Shown here: piece by piece, positions 13,159 through 26,599 of the stretch | How the letters are laid out: each line of letters opens with the position of its first letter | How positions within the stretch are numbered: the first letter of the stretch is position 1 | Origin: the human T2T-CHM13v2.0 reference genome, Homo sapiens | DNA length: 64,000 nt | Strand: one strand, 5' to 3' | Assembly: GCF_009914755.1 (NCBI RefSeq) | Contig: NC_060927.1 | Position numbers and translations under genes: made by a program | Notes under the pieces: generated by a model | Database searches by the model: none | The model's input: only the letters and a program-made list of their open reading frames with translations | Told to the model about the DNA's origin: nothing

Positions 13159-13572
13159 GTAAAGGCTTTTATTTAATTAATAAATGAGAAAACCAGTAAG
13201 ATGTGACAACTAGTTCCCAAAATGATTTAAACACCACACATGTGGGTAATAAGAAGTAAGTTTACAAACACATGCAAAACTGGTCAATATCATTAGGCAA
13301 AATTTCACCAGAAATAAAAATCATTTGCTTTTCTATGGACAAGAGTCATTTGCATTACTTACAGAGTTGTAAAACACCTTAAAGACAATAAAAGGTGCAG
13401 GCTTCTCTGAATGAAATAAATGGAAAGAAGTGCTTTACAGAATGGCAGGTAATCTATTTTTGTCCATTTCAATATCCTTTTCAGTTTTTCTGACATAAAT
13501 ATTGGAGTCCTTTGTCTCAAACAGAAGGTTCTATGGAATCTCAATTTATAGCCCATAGGAAAAGCAGAAATG

Positions 13573-14540
13573 AGGCAGTGGCCGCAGTAGTGGCAAGAGG
13601 ATGAACAACAAATTTGATGCTTTGAAAGATGACAACAATAGGGACCATGATCAGAATGAAGAAAGCAGCACACAGAAAGATACTGAGAAAGAAAAAACAC
13701 AATGGGACAAGAATAAGAGCAGTAACAAGAGGAAGGCTGTTGTCCCTGGACAGGCAGAGCATCCCCTGCAGTACAACTACACTTTCTGGTACTCCAGGAG
13801 AACCCCTGTCTGTCCCACCAGCTCACAGAGTTATGAACAGAATATCAAACAGATTGGCACCTTTGCCTCTGTGGAGCAGTTCTGGAGGTTTTATAGCCAC
13901 ATGGTATGTCCAAAGGATCTGACAGGCCACAGTGACTTCGATCTCTTCAAAAAGGAATTAAACCCATGTGGGAGGATAATGCAAATAAAAATGGTGACAA
14001 GAGGATTATTTGGCTGCGGAAGGGCTTGATCTCCCATTGCTGGGAGAATCTCATTTTGGCCATGTTGGGGGAAAAGTTCATGGTTGGGGAGGAGATCTGT
14101 GGGGCTGTGGTCTCTCTTCACTGTCAAGAGGACATTATTTCAATATGGAAAAGACTGCCAGTGACCAAGCAACCACAACGTGAATCTGGGATACACTTTG
14201 GCGAGTGCTTAACCTATCTCCCAACACCATTATGAAATACAAAACTCACACCGACAGCATCAAAACGCCAGGCAGCCTGGGCTCCCAAAGGCTCCTTTAT
14301 CAAAACCTCTGGAAGCTGCGGTTGAATGTGCCATGACCCTCTCCATCTCTGGATGGCACTATCCTTGAAGCTGGTGTCATTAGAGTCTCTTGTTCTGTTG
14401 GTATGCTACCTGGAAGATCCTTCTATCCTGGACAAGATAATTAAAAGAGCATTTTATGTTTTAAGAACAGGCTGACACACAGCAGCTACAGCAACAGCTG
14501 AGATTGCTCAATAAATGGTGCTAAATTTAAAAAAAAAAAA
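13573..14540 (+). pseudogene. EIF4E2: Processed pseudogene of EIF4E2 (4EHP), isoform ending in ...NLWKPRLNVP
   Basis: Intronless. ATG at 13601 gives MNNKFDALKDD...HPLQYNYTFWYSRR...ASVEQFWRFYSH. 1-bp deletions at about 13950 and 14148, CGA>TGA at about 14181, original stop at 14334-14336. AATAAA 14510-14515, poly(A) 14529-14540, degenerate TSD ending agaaatg on both sides. The symbol given is the parent gene. Confidence 0.97.
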
Positions 14541-16059
14541 GAGAGAAGAAATGCAGAGTCACTTTGGTTGAAATGAATATAGAGGCTTCTGACTAAGCTT
14601 TCTTGGACTCCAGAGTTTTGGGGATCTGTATAAATCACATTTAGGAAACCACTAGATGATTTCTACAACTACTGATTGGCCTTACTGATTAAACTTGGTG
14701 CCTCAACTTTCCTTTAGTTGTTCCCACACCAAAACATTGTCCACATATTTCTACCCACTCCCTACTCCCTGCCGCCCACATGGATGCTCTGCTTTATCAA
14801 GAAACCAAGACATCCCTTTCAGAAGACTTTTTCATCCTTACAAATTTTAAATTCCCACAGTATTTGACTGTAGAACTTTCTGGCTCTAAATTCCATAGAG
14901 TAACTGAAGTTACTTGAAAATATACTTCCTATTTGACAAAACCTGCAACTAAGGGGCCTTAGAGTAATCTTGAAAAAAAATTACAAATATGTCAGCTAGG
15001 TTTTTGTATGATACTGTCTTTATCTTTAATGTGTTCTGTTTATTTTCTTAATTTTGAAAACCAAGGCCGTATTTTTAGATGCCTCTGGGCACATGTACCA
15101 AAATATCTCTGTAAATTCTGCACTCATGTTTCCCTGTTTTTTTTTTAAATGTCTGTTTCTTGTGAAAGCCTGTAAAGACTGTGAAGAACTTCCTTCACAA
15201 ACAGGGTGCTGTTTCCTCACTACCCATTCTGGCCTAAAATCTCCCCATGCGGTCCTGCTGTGTACTTTGCAGTACTCTGGCTTCAGTCCTAGTCCTATAC
15301 AGGAAATGTGTGAAATCCTTGCCTCAGTGGCAATATGAGTTCATTTCTTAGAAGCTAAGCCCCGTGCCAGTAATTCCCATTTATGATCCAGTGTCTTATT
15401 GTCCCATCTCCTTAGAGTGGGATTCAGATTCTTAAAGTATTTCCTGATTCTTACTACTTGTTCTTGCCACTGGACCCTCCACTGTCTTGAACTATATCAA
15501 CTGTCCAGCTGATCTCCTAAACTTGATCCTTTCCCTGCCTGAACCCAGGATGCTTTCACAATTGCTTTTTCTTACCTTATCTAAGAACATCTCTATTTTT
15601 TCTACTGCAGTCTCATTTTGATGAGTCTTTCCTGTTCTACCCTATCCTTTTCCTGCCCCAAACCTAATTTGACCTCCTTTCCACACAGGGTTTTAAGAGA
15701 TCAAGATACTGATGCAAATTTCAACATTAGCTTGCAAAATCTCAAAGGTTGCTTTTCTTATCCTGAAACTACCATCCTCCTTTCCCTGTTCCAAAGTCCT
15801 TCACAGTGATATGGGGTATTTTAATAAAAAAACAATATTTTCTTAAGCAGCATTAAATGAAATCCCACTTTCAGTACTACTGGTTCTTCTGTTTGCAAAG
15901 TTCTCTGTTCTGGTTTCCTTTCCTAAACCCTTTCTTTTGACTACTGCAAAAGTATAGACCAAAGAGGCAACCTAATAAAACAGCTAAGACAAGACTACTA
16001 GCTATTTTGCTAAATGTTTTCAAAATCTGATTTATTCTGCACAATATCCCTCTGAAAGA

Positions 16060-16180
16060 GATACTATTATTATCCACATTTTATAGGTGAGGAAACTCTG
16101 AATAAGTTGCCAAGGTCACCCAGCTAATACTTTTGAAACCAGGACTCAAATTTGAACCTTTCTGAATCCAAACCTCACTA
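16060..16180 (-). mobile_element. MIR
   Basis: 'attatccacattttataggtgaggaaact...gccaaggtcacccagcta...ccaggactcaaa'. Confidence 0.8.
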
Positions 16181-16639
16181 AGCTCTATATCATCTCTGAC
16201 ATCAATCTACTACCAAATAGATGGTGACCTTGACTTACTTGCATTTTGAAAACACTTATATTCATTAGTGGTAGAAATATTTATAGACAAATCACTAACC
16301 AGAAGGAAATCTGAGAAAAAGAGAAGCATCAGAAAATAGTGTCAAGGGCACCAGTAAGTAGATAAGAGGCTAAGGTTTTAGTTTCAGTTCTTGGGCCAAA
16401 AGCTCTCAGGGCTTCTGTTATTTTATTTGTAAAATTAAACCATTGACTAGATAGGTTCTTAGGATTTGTCTAAAAAATACAAGTATTTGCTTCCTGAGGG
16501 GACTAAAAAATTCAGACAGTGTGATCAGTCTCTGCAATTCAATGAGAGCTATAACAGCACTGTACATGAGTTAGGCTGGTAAGTAGAGGTTAATAATTCA
16601 AGTCCGTCCAGCTCACTTGTTTGTCCTGTCCTCTCGCTG

Positions 16640-17020
16640 TGTCAGGGCACCTGCTAAGGGAGTTAACTGAGAACCAGGCAAATGTGGGCAGCAGTGTTAC
16701 TTCCTAGGACTAATATCACCAAAGTGGCAGATGAAATCATCCACTGAAGAGTCAAATGCATTCCAATCTCTCAGCATGGAAGAGTTGATTCAACCCAAAC
16801 ACACTGGGTTGGGCTCCTGTGGAAAAACAGGAGGTTAAGAGAAGTATCCATAGAAGCTGCTATATTTAAATGAAAGCATAAAAGTGCAAGATGGAAATCT
16901 GGAAAACATGTTGTAAAGATTCCTTGGAACACAGCTTGAAGGAAGAGCCCTGGCTGGATATTGTTGAGCAACAAGAGCAGCAGACAGACCATGATATGCA
17001 GTAATCAAGAATGAGGATGT
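16640..17020 (+). mobile_element. Ancient RTE-clade LINE fragment (L4/MamRTE-like)
   Basis: Decayed C-terminal RTE motifs: tgggttggg (WVG), aagctgctatat (KLLY), aaagattccttggaacacagcttgaag (KDSLEHSLK). Confidence 0.55.
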
Positions 17021-17029
17021 CAAGACATC

Positions 17030-18720
17030 TGTTATTTTGTCTGCTTGGCTCTCCTTCCTTTTAGAATTTGCTTCTCTACTGCACCAAGTGATTCTGATGT
17101 GGCCGTCCCTCCTGCCACTGGCGTGGGCAAAAGACTCAAGATGGCCAATCAGAGTATCTCTTTCTCCAGGGCCCAGATACTGATTGTGTAGAGGGAGGTA
17201 TGAGATCTAAGCAGGGTTTATCAGTACCCTTTGGGGGAAATTGCTATTGTTGCATGAAGAAAGAGAAGATCTTTTTCTGAGTTTATGAGCTGTAAAGATC
17301 ATTGCAAGGAGGAAGAGAGTGATGGACTCCATTACTTGGAAAGAATAAGCCAACATGAAAGAAAAAAGGGCAAGAGTAGAACACGTGACTAAGAACATGT
17401 TTACGCACTTGGACTCAGATGTGTCTAAAACCAGAAAACACCCAAACTTTTCAAACAGATGAGCCAATATATACCTCTCCCACTTGTAGGATGGGTTTTT
17501 TTTTTTTTGAGATCTATTTACACGCAGTAAAATTTACTCCATTAAGGTGACTAGTCCTGTGAATTTTGATCAGTGCATAAAGTTTACATAACTACTACCT
17601 CAATCAAGACATGGGATACTTCTATCACCCCAGAAAGTTCCCTCACGCCCCTCTGTTATTTATCCCCTTCTCCTGCTCTATCCACTAGCAAACACTAATC
17701 TGTTTTTCTGTTCCTATAATTTTGCCTTTTACTGAATGTCATGTAAATGGAAACAAAAGGATATACCCTTTTGAGTATATCACTTCTTTCACTCAGCATA
17801 ATGCATTTGAGATCTATCCATGTTGTTACTAGTATCAGTATTTTGTTCCTTTTTATTGCTAAGTCATATTTCATTGTGTGGCTATACCACAGTGTGTTTA
17901 TGCATTCACCAGTTCATGGGCATTTGGATTGTTTCCAGATTTTGGTAATTATGAAAAAAACCACGATAAATAATTGCATACAGATTTTTGTGTGGTCATA
18001 TTTCCATTTCCCTTGGGTAAATATCTAAGAGTAGGATTGCTGGGTTATACAGTAAATATACTTTTAATGTTATAAGAAACTTCCAAACTGTATCCCAAAG
18101 TGGCTGTACCATTTTGCATTTCTGCCAGCAAAAATTCCCATTGCTCATCTTTCTCACCAGTATTTGGTGGTTTCATGGGTTTTTTTTTTTTTTAAATGAA
18201 TAATTCAATAGGTGTGCAGTGATATCTTATTCTGGTTTCAATGAAAAATGATGTTACACGTCTTTTCATATGCTTATTTGCCATCCACATATCTTTACTG
18301 ATGTGTCTGATCAAATCTTTTGCTCCTTTTTTATTGTGTTTTTTTTCCCATTATTACATTGTGAGAATACTTTACATATTCTGGACACAAGTCTTTTATA
18401 AATTTTATGTTTTGCAAATATTTGCTCTCAGTCTATGACTTGTCTTTTCATTCTCTTAGCAGTGTCTTTCAAAGAGCAGAAGTTTTTAATTTTGAAGTCC
18501 TATTTATCTTATTTTATAGGTTTTGGTTTTTGTGTCCTATCTAAAAAATCTTTGCTAAATTCAAGGACATAGAATTAATTTTTTTTTCTTTATAGTTTTA
18601 GATTTCACATGTAGAATTATGATCAATTTGGAGTTAATTCTTGTACACAGTGCTTCCCCCTTTTAAAGATCATTTAAATTGAATTTCTGTTCCTGGTAAC
18701 CAGTGAGTTTTGACTTATAT
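17030..18720 (+). mobile_element. LTR16-like LTR split by an old L1
   Basis: 'ggccaatcagagtatc...gagccaatatat' before 17490; terminus 'tttctgttcctggtaaccagtgagttttgactta' at about 18685-18720. Confidence 0.5.
17496..18650 (-). mobile_element. Old L1M (L1ME/MD-type) 3' fragment
   Basis: Poly-T followed by 'atcaccccagaaagttccctc', 'ttgagatctatccatgttg' and 'caaagtggctgtaccattttgcatt'. Confidence 0.85.
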
Positions 18721-18809
18721 AGATGGAGTCCTTCACATATGTTGAATGAGAAACATGTTAAGAAAGGACTGTCTAGTGTAGATGTATTTCTAAAGGGTAT
18801 GTCAATTCC

Positions 18810-19190
18810 TCCCCAAGTTAATTTAATTTCAGTGGAAACCTCATTGTGATTTATTTGCTTGACCTTAACAAAGTGAATTTGTAACTGGAATAATATATGG
18901 GAAAGAATAACGTGAATGTTTTAAAAACTAATAGGAATAAAGAGACTGGTCCTATAAGATATTAAAATATAAAGTAACCAACAATAATCAAATCAGTGTG
19001 GTCCTGATGCAGGGATCAACAAGAATAGCCTAGATGCAGGTAAGCATATATGTTTTATATATGTGTTAAAAAAAAAGAATTATGCAATAAATTTTGTTGG
19101 TAAAATTAGTTTAAAAGAAAATGAAATTATATGCTTACCTAACATCAGAATTCCAAGTGAATTAGATTGAAGTCTGAAAAATGAAAAAAA
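18810..19190 (+). mobile_element. Highly diverged L1ME ORF2 fragment
   Basis: 'agatattaaaatataaag...aatcaaatcagtgtggtcctgatgc' resembles the PDIKxYYKA..IKTVWYW region. Confidence 0.5.
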
Positions 19191-21299
19191 AAGAAAACTT
19201 TTAGGGGCAGATAGTCTGAAATGGGGATACAGAGCTGGCACCTTCTTGATCTTTTCTCAAATCACTTTGCTCTTTTGGGGTGATTTAACTGGATTACATT
19301 ATTGCTCATATAGTCTGCATCTTAATGTATTGCACCTAGGTCATGTAGAAATATAGATTATATTGGCCTTTGTTGAAAGCAGAAGTGCTTTGCTTTGATG
19401 CACAAATTTATTTATGTTTTCTTATTTTTTACTCCTCAGAAGCATTTGTATTCAGGCAAGATTTGTGAGAATATTTTCTCCACCAAAGTAAACACAGCTT
19501 ATAATATATTCCAGAGGGAGAATTTTCTAATTAACTCCAAGTGTGTGAGGTCTGGAGGCAACATAGAGGGCCTAGATTGGCTGCAGTGTTTCCTGTGAGG
19601 TGAAGCCACATTTTTCTTCTCTTCATAGATGCTCCAGCCTGGGGGATTAATGTTTACCTTGATTTAATGTCTCATCAGAAGCATGACATCCACAGCACTC
19701 TGGCTGCAGCAGGATTAAATGAAGCATGGCCGTTTCTTCAAGAGAGACTTAAACTTCAAGCCTTTAGCCCTAGAGGGAATGGGCAGGAGATGAAGAGAGA
19801 GTAAAAATCTATTGAACTACCAATGATAGAGTGAGAATGAAAAATTTAACCCCCTTTACCACAGGCACAATTCAGGGGCAGAGATGAGGTTTGTACTCAA
19901 GAAATCTGGGGGTTGGGCCCAAGTAAGAGGCATGTTTGGGTTTACAGCGAATCTGCTCTAGGAGACAAGGGGCTTAGCAGCCCCTGGCACACCACTACCC
20001 CACTCCACACTATTCAGGTGACCTCAAGACAAAGACACAAGCTTTGTCTTTAAGGGAGAAATAAGGTGGATTATGTTCAGTTTTGGGAAATTGAATCCAA
20101 AGCCTTGTCCAGACAGATTTTGCCAGTGCAGCATCTTCTTTCTCCCAGAAGCAAGCAAATGCATATAAGAAGTGTTAAACTAGGGTAGGGTGAGAGCCAG
20201 CCCACCTAGAACTCTGCGCCTGGCAGAGGACCACAGAAGGGCTTTGGGATCTCAGCATCATGGGTTATTCTTTCCACCCCAATCCTAAATTTTCTTGGTT
20301 TTCTCGCCAAACCATTAAGGGTCTGCTGCTGATGGAATAATTTACAAATTTCTTATAACCCTTTGTGTTTTTAGCTAGTACTATCTCTGTGGGATAATGA
20401 GTTCTTTAAATCCACTCAATACTGTGTAAAATCATACTTCTTATTTGTCTTAAAATTAACCCCTTTCAAGTTTCAGGAGGTGGAGGTAAATTCTTACATG
20501 TCAGAGTATTGAGACCCTCATGTTCATTCTCTTTGAATGTTATGACTTCATGGGCTTCTATCCAGCCTTTTATGTGGTCACCACTCTGCTCTTCTTCCTC
20601 CATGGAGTTGATTATTTTAATTATTTCTTTTTTTCCTTTAATTTCTGGCATACTCTCTTTCTGTCTCTCTCTTTCTTATTTAGTTGTGTCAAAGAAAATT
20701 ATACATGGTAGGAATTTAGACCGTGACCCTTCAAACAGTTGTGTTTTATTCCCTTCTATTTCAGTCAATGCTTAGCTCCATAAGAGACGGTGAACCTGCA
20801 GAAAAAACATGAGCTTAAGAGTCATCAAGATTTAGGATTAAATCATCCATTTACTACCTATATGACCTTGTGTAACTAAGCTTCGGTTTTTTTTTAACCT
20901 GGGATAATATATTCATCTTGATGAGTCATTGTGAACATTACATTATTTGAAAAACATTGGGTATGTAGTTTAATATTATTATAATAATAAGATGAACTAA
21001 TCTAGTTTTTAAAACAAATCAATGAAAGTGTCAAGACAGGGTCTGATTTGTTATCATGTCTATCATTTACTTTTATAAGAAGTTAAAAAGTCCAGGGAGG
21101 CCAGGTAAGTGGTGAGAACAGACTTTGCTTGACCAGCAGGAACATGGTAGAGTCACTGACTAATAATAACAGACATAGCTCATTACTTCCCCATAACTGA
21201 CAGTAGCAGTCTGCAGGAAACATAATGATGGGAATCTTCATCAGAATGAACCTAGAAGGTTGCCTAGCACAGCTTATTTACATGGGCTAATGCTTGCTA

Positions 21300-21630
21300 T
21301 CGTAATCTACAACCCTAAGGAAACTGTCCCTAGCACAACCATTCCTATTAATTTATTAAGAAGGCTTGACCAACCTAGTGGAGAGCTCTTGAGCAAGAAT
21401 TGCACATAAGCATGTCACCATTTGGATTGAAATTGCTGGGACTCTCTATCCCCATCTCACTTAGTCACTAAATGTGGCACGATCTTGGGAGAGGCAATTA
21501 TTAGCACCTGAGATATGAAACCTAAAGGAGCTAACAGTTGAGGCTGTGTGTTAACTGCATTCTCCATAGCTGGGCAGCAAGTCATTCCTTGAAGGAGGTC
21601 TAGGTAGCACATCTTCTTGTCCACCACAAT
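21300..21630 (-). mobile_element. ERVL-class LTR fragment
   Basis: Ends 'gggcagcaagtcattccttgaagg...agcacatcttcttgtccaccaca', the reverse of a TGTGGTGGAC... LTR start. Confidence 0.5.
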
Positions 21631-21711
21631 AAGATATTATCTACAAAATATAGTCTAGTGATTTCTATGTCTTTATTCCTACTTCTATAAAATCTCTGGC
21701 CAAGTTTCAAC

Positions 21712-22190
21712 ATGCATTAATTATTGCTATGTAATAAAACACTCCAACATTTAGTGTCTTACAGTGGTAATAATTTAGTATTTCTCGTGATTTTCTGAGT
21801 TGGCTGCATTAACTGAGTAATTCTTCTATTGGTCTTGCCAGAGGTCATTCATGTGGTTGTAGTCCTGCTCCCTCTTAGTCATGGATAGAGAGTCTAAGAT
21901 GGCCTTATTCACGTGTCTTGGGCCTTAATACTGGCTGTTGACCTGGTCTCTCTTTCTCTCTCCATGTTACCTCTCATTCAGTAGTTTAGCTGCTTTTTTA
22001 CATGGAAGCAGTAGTGTTCCAAGAGGTGATGAATCTGGAAGCTGTGGCCCAGACTCCAGAATTGGCTACATTCTGTCAGTCAAAGAAAATTATTAGACTA
22101 CTAAGATCCAGGGGGTGGGGGAAAATAAACTACCACTTATTGGTAAGAACTGTAAAAGATTGTGGTTCAATTTTTTCAGTCTATCACCAT
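21712..22190 (-). mobile_element. Old MLT1 (H/J-like) LTR
   Basis: 'tattgctatgtaataaaacactccaacatttagtg', 'gtctaagatggccttattcac' and 'gtgttccaagag'. Confidence 0.7.
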
Positions 22191-23001
22191 CTGTTCTCCA
22201 GTTTTCAAATGCAAAATATGTCCTCTCACCCAGCTGCAGAGTTACTCCCATTACAGCACAACTATCAAGTTTAAAGTCCACGGTCTCAATGTAGCTTAGA
22301 ATAGAACTTGATTGTTTCCTTTGCCATAGATATGGTTGTACCAAAGACATCTGCTATCTAAGAATTGCCATTCTTAAGATACAAACTCTTCTGATGTCCT
22401 CAGTGACAAAAGTTACTGCCTAATTTCTGTATAGAGTATGGCTGATTTTTCTGGGTGACTTTTATATTCAAAGATACCTATCAAGGAAACATTTTTAGAT
22501 CTGCTGTAAAGACTATAGACACAACTCACATCTTACGTTATTAAACACCAGGGCTTACATTATAGAAAAATCCCCGGCCTGCTAATGTCAAATAAAATTG
22601 TGAATTTGATCAACTGGTGTGGCAATTAGGTCTTTCAGATAGTTTATTCCATGAATAAATCTTATTTAAGCCAAAAATTAAAAAATAATTGTTTGCTAAG
22701 TTTACGTTGAATGCTAGCTATTAAAAAGCTAGCTAGCTGTTCAAGAAAAGTTAAGAAGAGGGGTTAATTTTTTAACCAAATAAACCAAAGCATGCTGGAT
22801 GATTCAAAACTTACTGTATTGTCTACATCAATGGTGGGAAAGTATGTTGATGGGAGAGACATTTAAAATTTCTGGTTCCATTGACTTTTTGGGAGTTATG
22901 AACACATGAAGAATCTCATGATAGCCATGAATGCTTTTCCCAGAAAAACTCTCATAAATTCAGGATTTGGGGATTCATAGATCTCTTAAAGTCTTCTGTA
23001 A

Positions 23002-23318
<317 letters not shown>

Positions 23319-24096
23319 AGCTATAGTTCTTAAAATTTAGAATTCCTATGAATCAGCTGAGGTGCTCATCAACAAAGGTAGAGTGTCAGGCTTCAGGCTT
23401 TAGTTCTTGTAATTGGAATAGGCCTTGGTAAGGACAAGAAAAATGTATGTTTAACAAAAATGCTAGATGATTTTGATGAAGATTAGTTTTAGTTGCAATT
23501 TGAGAAAACTAGGAGCTCATAAAACCCCCAATTAAAATATTTGATCTTTCTGGATATACATTGAAGAGACTAAAAACAGCACATGAATTATCTTTTTCGT
23601 TTCCTTTGATCTCAGTCTGCTTTACTTGAGTCTCAGGGATTCAGCTATTACATCTGGCTGAGCTAATGACGACACTGAAGTAGACTTCAATTGGATGAAG
23701 TTGTCTTTGTGTACATATATAAATAAAATATGGACTACTTGGTTACTTATTTGCAGTTTTAAAATCTTGATTTCTTGATACCTCAAACTGCTATTGAAGA
23801 TACAACTATTTACTGTCTCCAAATGATCTTCTAATGGCTGTTAATTTAAATGTATTCATTTTCACATAGTTGGAATCAATGTGTTGGTTTGCTTCTTTCT
23901 TGTAACATTTCCCCATATGCTGGGCTGTAGTTATTTCCATGTATCAACACTATCCACATACTTTTTATTTTTTTATTTTATACAGTCACAATATTCTGTG
24001 CTGGTGTGTCAAAATATATTTAGTTTTTATTGGTAGTCTTTGGGGATGTAGTTTCTATTTAACATCGGCTGTATGCAGTGGTAACTTTTTAAAAAT

Positions 24097-24370
24097 TTTG
24101 TCACTCAGGCTGGAGTGCAGTGATGTGATCACAACTCACTGCAACTTCCAACTACTGGGCTCAAGTGATACTCTTACCTTAGCCTCCCAAGTAGCTAGGA
24201 CTACATGTGCATGCCATCACACCTGGCTAATTTTTCTTTTCTGTAGGAACAGGGTCTCACTATGTTGATCAGGCTTGTCTCAACCCCAGGCCTCAAGCAG
24301 TCCCCTCATTTCAGCCTCCCATAGCATTGGTATCACTGGTATTAAAGGAATGAGTCACCATGCCAGGCCC
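24097..24370 (-). mobile_element. Degraded AluJ
   Basis: 'caggctggagtgcagtg...gggctcaagtgat...agggtctcactatgttg...gtcaccatgccaggcc'. Confidence 0.88.
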
Positions 24371-24749
24371 TCCCCTCTTTAAAAAAAAAAAATAATTATT
24401 GTGAGCAGGAATTATCAAATGAAAATAACGTGACACCAATCTTGAAAGATACTTAGGCCTCACACTGATGCATAATTAGCCCACAGAAAATGGTCAATAA
24501 ATTGAACCCAAAATGTTGTCAACGAGTTAACACAATTTTAGGCATTACTGTACATTGTGAGTTTAGATTTTTGATAGGAATATGGCAACTAGAAATAGAT
24601 TAAAAAGAAGAGCTGGTGAGTGGCTCCTCCCAGAAAAAATATATCAACTGTATACAAATTTATGAACTTGAGGTTCTAAGCATGGCAGAAGGCAGTTGGA
24701 TGATATAGAAAGAGAGTTAGGTTGAAATGATATTGTGTGATATCTTCTT

Positions 24750-25980
24750 GAACAGACAAAATATGCTTCTCTATGGCAGATTATAAAGATAGATATTTGT
24801 GTTGCAGGAAACTTCAGCTTTTTTGAAATCTGTTGGAAGTCTAATTTGGCTAAAAAGAGGGGATCTGATAAACTTTTGACAAGGAGACTATTTTATTATG
24901 AAAGTAAGACAGTCAACTTAGGCAAATACCATCCTGGACTTGATTTTAACTAAGAAGGAAAAACTGATTATTAAGGAAACAGTAAATGCCTAATATAAAG
25001 AAAGGGAATGCTGGTTTGTTTATTCATGTGCCATAGACTTTGCCAGCCAATTGCTAAAAAGTTTCCTTGAGACTCTAGAAGGGAAATAGATGATGAAGGG
25101 TGGAAAGTTCTATAAGTATAATTCTGACTGTACAAACATTTTGAATAGTTCAATGAGGAGGGCAAAAGAAAGGCATCTAAGGAAAATAATGTGGTTGCAT
25201 AGGTATTTCATTCTAAGTTGTTTCATAAAAGACTTTTACAAAAGATATAAAGAGAGACATATAATGAAAGAAAAGTATAAAAATATGACAGGAATGTGAG
25301 AAAAACACCAAGAAGATTAAAGCTCAAGTGAGGCAAATGAGGTGAGCTATAGAGAGAGAGAAAAAAGGATGACAAAAATGATTATTTTAACTATGTAGAA
25401 TAAGAAGAAATTGTAGGTTTATGGCTTCTAAGAATGGTGCAGGAAAACATAAGACTTACAGATGATATTTCAGTCCTTTAAGGGAGATGATGGTAATGCC
25501 AGAAAATATGAACTAAACAACTTAATTTTAATTCTTATCAGCATTTGGGATTGGATTTTTTAAATAGATGGCTTGTGAACCTTTGGAAAAGAATGCGATG
25601 ATCACTAGCAATCAATATACATTCATGAAGAACTAGTGAAGCCATATCACTTTAAAATAGTGATTGGTGGTAATTCAGGAAAGAGTAATTGCTTTAGCAC
25701 TTCTTGATTTCAGTGAAGGGTTTGATAATTTTTTGTTGTTATTTAGAGTAAAATGGTAAAACACTTCATAGATTAGTAAGTGAATTAATAACTTGTAGTC
25801 TAACAGTTGCTCTTCAATATTTAAGGAGGGAAGTCTTCATTTTACTAGGAAATGGCTCTGTCTTTGACATTATCCAGTTCAAAATTTATACTAGTGACTT
25901 GAATGAAGGAATATATTGCGTACTATGTAGCACACATGGGTTATATATAAAACGAAATCCGACTTAGACAATTTTGTGTA
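24750..25980 (+). mobile_element. CR1/L3 LINE fossil (RT region)
   Basis: cttgatttcagtgaagggtttgat encodes LDFSEGFD (CR1 LDFSKAFD); caatatacattcatgaagaac resembles QHGFxKN; 'agtgacttgaatgaagga' resembles NDLDEG. The 5' boundary is uncertain. Confidence 0.7.
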
Positions 25981-26129
25981 GGATGTTGCTTACTCAGATT
26001 TGACTCCCAGGTGCCACAGATGAATCTGAGTCAGGTAGAGACACACTAAACTATAAAGATAACCTGAAGGATTTGTGGACTATTCCTAACACTCAATCTG
26101 TGAAAAGAACTGCTGAGAGTTTACCCTCA

Positions 26130-26546
26130 TGTTAGGCTGAATAATGGCCCCTCAAAGATATCTACATCTGAATCCTTGGAACCTGTGAGTTTGTTACCTT
26201 ACGTGGAAAAAGCACTTTGCAGATGTGATTATGTTAAGCACCTTGAGATGGGGAAATTATCCTGCATTATCTGGGTGTACCCAGTGTAATCCCAAGCATT
26301 CTTAAAAGAGGGACCCAGGAGAGTCATAATCAGACAGGAAGATGTGGAGAGTGAAACAGAGGATGGGGGAATGTGGGCAGCCTCCAGAAGCTGCAATTGA
26401 AAAGGAAGGGGAGTCCTTCCCACAGCTTCTAGAAGGAACAAAGCCATGGACTTTCAATCTCCAGAGCTGTTCGATAACAAAGTTATGTTGTTTCAAGCAA
26501 CCCAGTTTGTGGTAATTTATGACAGCATCAAATGGAAATGAACATA
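26130..26546 (+). mobile_element. MLT1C/D LTR
   Basis: 'ggctgaataatggcccctcaaagatatc...tttgcagatgtgatt...ttgagatgggg...gtggtaatttatgacagca'. Confidence 0.9.
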
Positions 26547-26599
26547 CCCATATACAAAAAACTAAAGGACATATGATAAGAGCTGATATAAATTTCCAC

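Noticed and set aside
13359-14127. Minus-strand and alternative-frame ORFs of 73-155 aa overlapping the EIF4E2 retrocopy
   Set aside because: They are shadow frames of the pseudogene with no independent homology.
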